A stretch of DNA of 63,592 nt, counting the filler, from Thraustochytrium aureum (Eukaryota): NCBI GenBank assembly GCA_012862495.1. It is 4 parts of 3 records of this genome, joined end to end, with 100 filler letters (N's around TTAATTAATTAA, not from the genome) between each part and the next. Parts side by side here need not be neighbours in the genome. Positions count along the whole stretch, not along the records: positions 26,221 to 51,628 come from BLSG01000379.1; positions 51,729 to 60,582 come from BLSG01000379.1; 2 more parts are not named here. The stretch is one strand, 5' to 3'. The notes under the pieces were generated by a model. The model worked only from the letters and a program-made list of their open reading frames with translations. It did no database searches and had not been told where the DNA came from. Shown here piece by piece: positions 47,194 through 57,327 of this stretch (positions are counted from its first letter, which is position 1; each line of letters begins with the position of its first letter). A program made the position numbers and the translations under genes.

Positions 47194-47529
47194 GGCGCTC
47201 TTAGGGCTCAACGACTCACTCGAAACCAGCGAAATGTCCGCCTCGCTCATCATCGCGTCAACTGCGCTGGTGTTAGCTGCTTGCTGCCGAGGGCTCGGTT
47301 CGGGGCTGTCGAGGTCGAACCCCAGCTCGGAGAACATGGACTCGATTTCGAGGTCCCCGCGCCGCGTCCCCAGTCCCCGCGAGCCATTCTGCGTGCCCGA
47401 GCCGCCTCGCGCCCAGCCACCAGCCCGCGTCTCCAGCTCGTCACCGACACCACAGCCAAGCCTCTTGGTCCCCGCCTCGCCAGCCTGGTCGCCGCTCGAG
47501 TCGTCCGGCGCAAAGGGGTCCCAGTCCAT
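47194..47529 (-). CDS. N-terminal acidic low-complexity coding fragment, probably the 5' part of the FERRY3-like gene
   Basis: MDWDPFAPDDSSGDQ... is open into the gap. Sequence past the gap (46758-46590) is also open and acidic on the same strand. Confidence 0.45.
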
Positions 47530-47713
47530 GCCGCACTGTCGCGCCCACTTTGCGCTGCTCGCCAACCCCCGCAACGCAGTGACAGGTCAGTTCAGACCGT
47601 TCGCGCCTGGCCCAGCCAGGGCAATGGACGAACGGGACCAGCCGGAGACCTCGGAGCCCCACGCGGGCGGACGCCCAGACAACCAACTCGACGATCTTCG
47701 TCACTGCAGGCCG

Positions 47714-47777
47714 CAACCTGCTCGACAACCTGCTCGACAACCTGCTCGACAACCCGCTCGACAACCCGCTCGACAAC
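47714..47777. repeat. 12-bp tandem repeat (CAACCTGCTCGA/CAACCCGCTCGA) x5
   Basis: Direct reading; followed by GCCAGCCT-type repeats. Confidence 0.92.
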
Positions 47778-48204
47778 GTGCCAGCGTGCCAGCCTGCCAG
47801 CCTGCCAGCGTGCCAGCCTGCCTGCCGGCCTGCGAGGCGAGTTGGCTCGCTCGCGAGACGGTTTGTGGGCTGGCTGGCTTGGCTGGCAGGTCCGAGGACG
47901 CCGCGGGCGCGTTGAGGGCGGCGTTGCGGACGACGACCAGGCGCGGTGGTGGGCGCGTGAGGAACCAATCTACCCGATTTTGTTGTCTACTACCTCAGGT
48001 GGAGAGCGCGGCGTCGATGCGGCCGCGAGGGAAAGGCTTGCGGGACCGCCCGTTCAGCGATCCGGCCGACACCGCGCTCTCATGCTATTAATCACCTGCC
48101 GATCTGCGGGTTTCGCGCAGAGCGCCGCGCCCCTCCGACGTCGAGTCGGCTAATGCGCGCTAGTGCGAGGGCGGGCGGGCGAGGGTTGGGCCGCCGGCGG
48201 GTTT

Positions 48205-51200
48205 TTACGCGGCAGCGATGACCGCGGCCAGGACGAGGGCAAAAGCAGCCGGCGCCGCCGAAGACGCTGCGGAGAAGTCGACGTCGGTCGCAGTCTTGGC
48301 CGAGTCCACGTCCGAAGTCCGCGAGTCGGCGCAGACACTGGTCTTGTCGTACTCGTAAAACAGGCTCACGTCAAAGCCCGGCGCGGGCATGCAGCTCAAG
48401 TCGGCGGGGCAGGCGAGGTGGTCAATGTCGCACATGCGAAAGCGCACCCTGTTGCGGAACAGGTTGGGGTGCTTGGCAAAGCTCACCTTGAGCTGGTTGT
48501 TGCAAGGCGGGTACGAGGCAGGGATGAAGAGCTCAGGGACCCACTGGGTGCCCGAAAAGTACTCGACGTTGATTCCGTACGAGCACTCGTTCTCGTTCTG
48601 CTTGAAGTACTCCGACTCGTCCGCACCGCAGAGGCCAGACGTGCTGCCCGCAATGAGCAGGCCGCGGCCATAATCCTGCACCACGGTCTCGATGCCCTCG
48701 TTCTCCACCTTGGAAACGCACTCGTTGAGCCACTGGCGAAGCGACTGGGCCGCGATGCGGTTGTTGGAGATCGCGCTACAGTACTGCAAAATCCAGTCCT
48801 TGAAGATGGCGTTCTGGTTGGTGCGCGTCGGCCGAATTGCGGCAACGCACTTTCCCTCGCGGTCAGCCTCGCCAATAAACACGTTGGCGCTGCGGCACCA
48901 GGTGCGCACGCCCGCCTCGATCTGAGCTGCCGTGCAACTGGGGTTGAAGAGCGCCTTGCACAAGAGCTGCGCGTCGCCGAGGCCCTCGCTGCACTGCGCG
49001 TGGAGCGCGTCGGTGACATCCGTGGTTGAGGCGCCCTTGTTGATCTCGCCGCTGGAGCAGAACCCCTCCCCGGTGCGCGTCACGTTGGCCTCGATCAGGT
49101 TTTGCACGTTGATGCGGAACCGTGTGGGGTTGTTGCGGGAGTCAACTTGCTTGATGCAGACAGCGCGGATGAACATGAGCGTTTCGCGATCGAAGATAGT
49201 GAATGTGCGCTCGTTCTGGCCGGGCCCCTCCACGACGAGGACGTTGAGCCCAGACGCAAGGCTGGTGGTCGATTCGAACGCCGGTTCGGCCGCAATCGTG
49301 CTCGACTGAGACGCTTGGGAGGAACCGTCGTCCGTGAACGTTGTGGCGTCCCAGCACTTTGCGGCAACGAGAGTGAAGATGCCATGGCGGTTGGTCATGC
49401 GCAGCGTTTCGATCACGCCGCGCTCGCCCATCGTGATCTCGGCGCCAAAGGGCGCCACAACGTCGTTAAACATCGACGAGGTCTGGTACATCACCATCGA
49501 CGCCTCGCCCGACGCAGACCAGTCCGCCTGGCAGGGCGACCCGAAAGTACCGACGTGGCTGCGCTTGGTGACCTTTTTGCTGAGCTCAGCGTCCCACTTG
49601 CACGTGTTGCCCTTGTGGTCGCGCTGCGTCGCGCACACCGACTCGTCGACCATGCAGTTGGCCTGGCGGCCGTCGCACAGAATCCATTTGTCCGCGACGT
49701 TGTCAAAGTTCTCGCACAGCGGGTCGCCGTAGCAGGTGCACTGCTTGCAGCAGCTCTCGATGCTGGTGTCGAACTTGACGTTGAGGTTGAGCACGCCGTT
49801 CCCGCTCAGGCGCTCGCACGCAGCCTTGTCCGCGGGGTTGTTCTGGTCGCAAAAGGGCTCGGTGGGGGCAACTGTGCGGCACGGCAGCGACGCGCTGGGC
49901 TGGAAGATCTCCTCGGTAACGCAGCACGACTCGCACTCCATGAGCGGGTTTTCGGGGGCGTTAAAGTCTGTNNNNNNNNNNNNNNNNNNNNNNNNNNNNN
50001 NNNNNNNNNNNNNNNNNNNNNNNNNNNNNNNNNNNNNNNNNNNNNNNNNNNNNNNNNNNNNNNNNNNNNNNNNNNNNNNNNNNNNNNNNNNNNNNNNNNN
50101 NNNNNNNNNNNNNNNNNNNNNNNNNNNNNNNNNNNNNNNNNNNNNNNNNNNNNNNNNNNNNNNNNNNNNNNNNNNNNNNNNNNNNNNNNNNNNNNNNNNN
50201 NNNNNNNNNNNNNNNNNNNNNNNNNNNNNNNNNNNNNNNNNNNNNNNNNNNNNNNNNNNNNNNNNNNNNNNNNNNNNNNNNNNNNNNNNNNNNNNNNNNN
50301 NNNNNNNNNNNNNNNNNNNNNNNNNNNNNNNNNNNNNNNNNNNNNNNNNNNNNNNNNNNNNNNNNNNNNNNNNNNNNNNNNNNNNNNNNNNNNNNNNNNN
50401 NNNNNNNNNNNNNNNNNNNNNNNNNNNNNNNNNNNNNNNNNNNNNNNNNNNNNNNNNNNNNNNNNNNNNNNNNNNNNNNTGGGATTGGCCGTCGGCGACG
50501 TGGTCGGGCTCTCCGAGGGGTACTTGGTGGGCGACGTGGTCGGGCTGGCCGTTGGCTTCTTGGTGGGCGACTCGGTGGGCGACTCGGTCGGGGCCGTGGT
50601 CGGGCTCTCCGTCGGCTTTTTGGTGGGCGACTTGGTGGGCGACTTGGTCGGGCTCTCCGTGGGCGACTTGGTGGGCGACTTGGTCGGGCTCTCCGTGGGC
50701 GACTTGGTGGGCGACTTGGTCGGGCTCTCTGTGGGCTTCTTGGTGGGCGACTTGGTCGGGCTGTCCGGTGGGCGACCTGGTCGGCGACTTGGTCGGCGCC
50801 TTGGTAGGGCTGACGGTAGGTTTGTTGGTCGGGCAGTTGCTCGTCTCGTAAACAAAGTTGACGCTAAAGCCCGGCTGGGGCCGGCAGGCGTTCTCAGCGA
50901 GGCACTGGCTCGTCAGGCCGCATTGCGCGAACCGAATCGGGTACAAGAAGAGGTTCGGGTGGTCCGCACCGTTGACCTTGAGCTCCCCGCCGCAGGGCGG
51001 CAGCCTGCTCGGGATAAAAAACTCCTCCTCCCACTTGCCGCCCTTGTAATACTCGACCCGCACGCCGGACTGGCAGGCGCTTTGCGAGGGGCCGTACACC
51101 GACGCGTTTGTGGCGCAAGTGGAGGCGATGTTGCCGCCATCAATAAGACCGTCCGAGTGGGCGGCGAGAAAAGTCTCCCAGCCAAACTGGGCAATCTCCC

Positions 51201-51628
51201 CGACGCACTGGGTGACCTCGAGCTGGTTTGCTTGGCACACGTACTCTGTCCAGCGGCGAGCGCGAACATTGTCCTTGCCGCTCTTGAGCATCTGCTTGCA
51301 CGTGGCAGTGTCCACGTCGCTGACCATCTGCAGGTCGGCGCCCTCGCACCAGCGGTCGATCCGCTCGTTGATGGTCCACTGGTTGCAGATAGAGTGCGTG
51401 AGCGCCTTGCAGGCGTCGAGCAGGGGCGGGATGTTGCGCGGCAGGCAGGTCTTGTGCAGCTCCTTGGACTCGACGTGCTGCTCCGCAGGCCCGGTCTTGT
51501 CCCCGATGACCCCGGAGACGCAAAACCCCGAGCCGTCCGCGGTGGGGTTGGTCTCGACAAGGCTCTGCACGTTGAAGCGCGCGGCGCCCCCGCGCCCGTT
51601 GTGGAAGCTACGCGTGCACACAAGCTCG
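48205..51628 (-). CDS. Large Cys-rich surface protein with repeated vWD-like modules, Pro/Thr/Ser stalk and GPI-like tail; 5' end truncated; frameshift near 50767
   Basis: CTCYGDPLCENFD (vWD-type GDP motif), two homologous Cys-rich modules, SPTKSPTE repeats, and a hydrophobic C-terminus SSAAPAAFALVLAAVIAAA. Confidence 0.8.
50480..50830 (-). repeat. Coding 12-bp tandem repeat (S-P-T-K/E mucin-like stalk)
   Basis: Repeated GGGCGACTTGGT-type units on +; runs into a gap. Confidence 0.92.
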
Positions 51629-51672
51629 NNNNNNNNNNNNNNNNNNNNNNNNNNNNNNNNNNNNNNNNNNNN

Positions 51673-51684
51673 TTAATTAATTAA
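51673..51684. other. Artificial scaffold-joining linker
   Basis: TTAATTAATTAA inside N block. Confidence 0.95.
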
Positions 51685-52547
51685 NNNNNNNNNNNNNNNN
51701 NNNNNNNNNNNNNNNNNNNNNNNNNNNNAGTCAAAACTTCATAAAATCATAAAACCTCAGAACTTTATAAAACACGGAAAAAAACCTTTCTCGCCTGCAC
51801 CGCCCTTCTTCCCCTGGAAACGAAAAAACTTGAATTTTTGAAGTACCTCCACTCTGGCGGTGTGAGGCGGAATAATACGGAAAGCGGATCTCAGGATCGA
51901 GGATATGCCGTGAGGCGGCGTTTCTTTGTGGAGCTGCGGGGAGAGGGCCTCTCGGTGAATCAAGGGCTGTGAGGGCACGCCGCGATGGGCTGCCTTGTGA
52001 GGCGCGGCTGATGTGAGGGGGGAGACCAGATTCTGTTGGAGGACGTGTGAGGGGTGTGTTCAGGGGCGCGAGGCTCTCTCTGCTGCTGTTGTGAGGCGCG
52101 GGTTGGACGGATCTTCCTCACAACGGGGGAAAATTTATGGGCGACAGGATGTGCGGCTCGCGCGTTCGAGTCAGGTAAAGGGGTATGTGACGCGAGGGGT
52201 GCGTCGCGAGGGGGGGCGAGTGTCGTGGGCGGTTCAGGGCTCGCGAGTCTATTCCCGGCCGCACGTTGCATTGAAATGTCCCGTACGAAATGCTCTTCGG
52301 GTTGTAACTACTTTGTTCGTACCGGACCTAGATAGGCAGTGCAACGGTCAAACGAGACAGTTGGCAGGCACGCTTGCCGGCTCGCGCTTTTCCAAAGATC
52401 AGAAAGCCTGCGCGGATACCGCTGACGCAGATTGGGATGCTTTCAGGTTGCTTTCAGGCAACTTTCAGGCGTTCGAAAGAATGCCTTTGCGTTTTCCAAG
52501 GACGTCAAGCAATGAACGATCAAAGCCGCCGCGCGCATGGCAGTTCG

Positions 52548-55500
52548 CTAATCTTCGAGCAAATCGAGGAGCGCGCCGTGGTCTTCAAAGTCCAAGTCCT
52601 CCAAGTCGAGGCTGCCGAGGCTCATGATGCCATCGCAGTCTTTCGCCTCGAGCTGGTCGCTGGTCGCAGCTCGAACAGCGTCCTTTGGCTCGCTTCCCTT
52701 GACCTGTTCCTGGTCTAGCCTGTGTACAAGGGGCGGTACGGAGTTGTCCTCGTCAGAGTCGGAGTCGACCAACGTCGCGGCGGACGCCATGCGAAAGAGC
52801 GGCGGGATATCCAGCTTGCTTGCGCTACTTTGCGCCCCATTCTTGTCCGATCCCGGCGCCGTCTTTGCGCTTGCTGAGCTCGAGAGCATCGCCGGCGCCG
52901 GGACGAGGTCTCCCTCGTCGACGTGGGCTTGGGGCGCCGCGGACAAAGTGGACGGCTTGGCTTGAAAGAAGCTATCTTGCGCCTCGTCCTTGGACTCCTC
53001 TTCCTCGTCGCCGGCATTGACCTGCCTTGCATGCGCAGGCCTTTCGNNNNNNNNNNNNNNNNNNNNNNNNNNNNNNNNNNNNNNNNNNNNNNNNNNNNNN
53101 NNNNNNNNNNNNNNNNNNNNNNNNNNNNNNNNNNNNNNNNNNNNNNNNNNNNNNNNNNNNNNNNNNNNNNNNNNNNNNNNNNNNNNNNNNNNNNNNNNNN
53201 NNNNNNNNNNNNNNNNNNNNNNNNNNNNNNNNNNNNNNNNNNNNNNNNNNNNNNNNNNNNNNNNNNNNNNNNNNNNNNNNNNNNNNNNNNNNNNNNNNNN
53301 NNNNNNNNNNNNNNNNNNNNNNNNNNNNNNNNNNNNNNNNNNNNNNNNNNNNNNNNNNNNNNNNNNNNNNNNNNNNNNNNNNNNNNNNNNNNNNNNNNNN
53401 NNNNNNNNNNNNNNNNNNNNNNNNNNNNNNNNNNNNNNNNNNNNNNNNNNNNNNNNNNNNNNNNNNNNNNNNNNNNNNNNNNNNNNNNNNNNNNNNNNNN
53501 NNNNNNNNNNNNNNNNNNNNNNNNNNNNNNNNNNNNNNNNNNNNNNNNNNNNNNNNNNNNNNNNNNNNNNNNNNNNNNNNNNNNNNNNNNNNNNNNNNNN
53601 NNNNNNNNNNNNNNNNNNNNNNNNNNNNNNNNNNNNNNNNNNNNNNNNNNNNNNNNNNNNNNNNNNNNNNNNNNNNNNNNNNNNNNNNNNNNNNNNNNNN
53701 NNNNNNNNNNNNNNNNNNNNNNNNNNNNNNNNNNNNNNNNNNNCTGCAGCTCGACGGGCCGCTCTGGCCAGAATGAGCCTCGCCTCGAAGACTCGGCGCT
53801 CGCGCTACTCCGGCTCGTGCTCCGGCTGCTCTCGCTGTCGCGACCTTGAGGCGATTCGATCATGCACTTGACCGCAGGGGTCTCAACAAGCTCGTCGACC
53901 GTTCGGACGGTTCTGGCAGCTACCGCCGTGACTTTAAAGCGCCCTCGTTGGGGGTCTTGGAGAGCCGGCACATCAGCAGCTCTATCCGGCTCGCCGAGGG
54001 ACGCGCCGAGCGGCGAAGCCGAGCGCGGAGACCGCGGCGTTGGGGGCATAAGCGGGCTCTCGTCGTGCGAGGGCTTTGCAGTCGCAAACAGCTCCTTGGA
54101 CCGCGCAAAGTTGTAGGTCGGGGAAGTCGCGAGAACCCGATCCGTTGTGGTGATTCTGGAGGCGGAGAACCTTGTCGTGGCCTTTTGCTCCTTGTCTAGC
54201 TCGACCATCGTCTTGACCATCTCAAAGGCGTCAAGCTTGCGCCCGTGGCGGTCGTACAAAACCTTGAGGTTGTGCTCTTGTGCTTGGCGCGAGCGCGGCG
54301 AAAGCTGGTTTTTAGGGCTTGCGCGACCGGACTCGCGCAGCTCGCGGTCCAGGTCCGCGATCGTGTCGGCGGCAAAGCGGATGTTGTTCTGTTCCTTTGC
54401 AAGTCTGTTGAGCTCATGGTACAGACGCTCCTTGCGCTCCTCGATGCGGCGCGCATTTGCGTACAGCCGCATAACCTCCTCTGGGCTTGAAAAGCGCTTG
54501 CGCTGTCTTCGTCCAGTTGGCGACAGCGAGCAAAAGGCAGTATTGGTCGCAAAGTCGATCTCGGATGCCTGCGCCGCTCGCAACTCCTCGTGGTGGCCTT
54601 GGACGACTTGGTGGTGGTTGTAAAGGCGGATGTAGCGCGGACTGGCTACGCGTTCCATGTCGGCCGTAGAGTGCTCGAGCGCAAGCGCGTCCAGCTTGCG
54701 TGAATAGCTGGAGATCCTTGGAGCAAAGGTCGACTCTTTCAGGTCCTCGAGCTCCCGCTCGGCCTCGCGAGAGTGAATGAATGCCGGATCTTTGGCCCAA
54801 GCCAAGCGAGCGGCAACCTGCTCTTTGCCGTGCCTGTACAGGAACGAGAGCCGGTCCATGTTCCACCGGCGCAGGTGGCGATCGATCTTCCCCATGCACC
54901 CCTGGTGCATCTCCACGAAATGCCAGCTCTGGGCCAGCAGCGCTCGCTTTGCGTCGATCCGTTGCGCCTCGCTAAAGAGGCGCAATGAGACCTTCTCCGC
55001 CTGTTCGCGCGTCAATACTGGGGGGGGCTTGAAGACCTGCTTGTTGTCCTGCCACGCTGTCGATGGCGAGAACATGCACTCCGCGAGCCTTTCCTTCTCG
55101 AGCATGGTCTTCAGAGACTCGATGTTGGCTTCCTTTCTGGCCAGCACGTGTCCGCGTCGTTGCTCGATTGGAACGTACGAGGTCTGTGTGCTGTGGAAGC
55201 TCGTTGTTATACGCTCAGGCCGGAACGTGCAATACCGCAACTCCATTACCTCGCGTTTCTGCGCCACATTCGCCGCCTGTTGGGCCAGGACCTGTTTACT
55301 TGGGTAGAGCTGCGGCGTTCCGCTTCGCGCTTGTTTCGCCACAAGCTGTGGTTTGAACGAAAACCGCTTCTCCTCTGCCTCGCGCTTGGCAAGCATCGCT
55401 TGTTTGCGTTGCTCGGCGACGCGGTACAAGTGCTCGAACCGCTTTTGCCTGCGAGCGGCGCCGTCTGCATCTGTTGCGTCTGCGGTCGCCGGCTGTGAGG

Positions 55501-55909
55501 TCCCTGGGGCTTTCCGCTTGTTTATTTTCGGGGCAAAGACGCACTCGGGATCTAGCTCGCGCCGCTTTGCCTCCTTTTTCGCTTCGTACCGTGCCGCGAC
55601 GCCATGCAGTTTCTCAAAACGGTCCTTGTCCTCTGGCTTTCGCAGTTTTTTGGCCTTTCGAGTGATCTTGGGCGAAAAGGAGCACTGCATCGCTTGGACT
55701 TGCGCAGTGATCGCCTTGATTTTCTCCTTTGTCCTTGCGTGGTCTTCATACAGTTTCAAACATCGCCCTGGCGGATTGCGCGCGCTTTTCGCCGGGGTTG
55801 CGGTGCTAGCCTGAGGTGCTGTACCAGCCTGAGGTGCGGTTCCAGCCTGCGACGCGGCGCAGGCTTGCGATTCGTCGTCATTCTGGCCGCAGTTGCTTTC
55901 CTCCGACAT
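52548..55909 (-). CDS. Hypothetical basic protein with repeated (C)TFxPxI motifs; internal gap
   Basis: CSFSPKIT, ECVFAPKIN, FSFKPQL, YCTFRPERIT, ECMFSP and ESTFAPRIS alternate with RFEKLH/RFEHLY/RLY helices. An acidic C-terminal part follows the gap. Confidence 0.75.
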
Positions 55910-57327
55910 TTTGTTGGGGCAGGTCCCGCACGAAGGCGGAGCTCCCTTTTCCCCTGGCCCTGGGCCACGCGCGAGGCGCGGGGCCAAAGGCGCCTTCTCT
56001 TGCCACGGATCAGCGTTTGGGCAGAGCCTACGAGTTGCCCGAGTATAGACCACCTGGCAAGCCGTCTGACCTGCGAGCCGTGCGCGACGCTTGGCTGGCT
56101 TCCTGGCTGGCTTCCTGGCCCCTGGGCGCGCTCGCGTCTCTCCACGTCGCCCCCGCCCGAGCGCAGCAGCGTGTCTGCGAACTGGCGCGCGTCCTTCTCG
56201 CCATCGCCCGTGATAGCCGTTGAATGAGGCAATATCCTACCCAACACTTGCACAGCCACGAGAAAAACAAAGGGTTTTCGCGTGGTCTTGTACTAGAACT
56301 CTCGGCGTTGATTCCACAAGTGCAGCCACGCGCAAGCTGCAAACGACCCCAAGCAAAACCAATCGATGGTCGAGCATTCAAGGGTGCACTCGTTCGCCAG
56401 TCGTTCGCAAGCCGACGGCAAGGGCCGCGTCCTGCAGCAACCCTCGGAGCGCCGATCGCTGGGGCCGCGCAACATCCAAGATCGATCGGTCGCGTCATGC
56501 TGTCCGATGCCAACGGACCTCTCAGGCCTGACATGGACCAAGCACGTCACAGGGCCGTTGGCCGTGACTTGCGGCACCAGGAAGGTTGCGCTGCTTGGTG
56601 CTGCAGCGAGGCGGTTGCTGCGAGTTGGCTGCGAGACGCGGCTTTGTCTTCCGCTGCCGGGCTGCCGCGCTACGTGATGCAAGGCGCAGCCCTACAATGG
56701 CGCCACGGATGTTGCGAAAGAGCGCCCGAGGCCAGCTTGAAGCCTTCCAAGAAGTGCTGCAAGCAAAAACCNNNNNNNNNNNNNNNNNNNNNNNNNNNNN
56801 NNNNNNNNNNNNNNNNNNNNNNNNNNNNNNNNNNNNNNNNNNNNNNNNNNNNNNNNNNNNNNNNNNNNNNNNNNNNNNNNNNNNNNNNNNNNNNNNNNNN
56901 NNNNNNNNNNNNNNNNNNNNNNNNNNNNNNNNNNNNNNNNNNNNNNNNNNNNNNNNNNNNNGAAGCACAAGCTTGGCTGCCGCCCAAACGGGAGGCGGGT
57001 TGCAAGCCCGTGGCTCAAGTCATGGAGCGAGCCCAGGTGGGCCGCCGCCTTCAAGGATCCCTCGCGCTCATGACTGAGTTGAGGCGGCCGCGTCCGCTCG
57101 CAGCAACACTCAGAACTGATTGCAGCCTCGTGCGAGCAGAGTCGGCACAAAAGATTCCAATCCCATCGCATCTCTTCTTCCAAAGACTCGAGAGCTCTAG
57201 TAGCTAGAGTTGCTCTCTGAGACTACGTAGACGTAGGCCTTATTCTCTAGAACTAGTCGATCGAGAGGCGGCCGAAAGACCTCCCGGGCGGGGTTCCAAC
57301 CCGTGAAACCGGGTGCTTTCTGCACCG

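Noticed and set aside
47714..50830. Tandem repeats as CRISPR-like arrays
   Set aside because: The units are contiguous with no unique spacers. One set encodes an SPT stalk, and the context is eukaryotic.
57285..57315. GGTTCCAACCC as a tRNA T-loop
   Set aside because: No acceptor, D or anticodon arms at the proper spacing.
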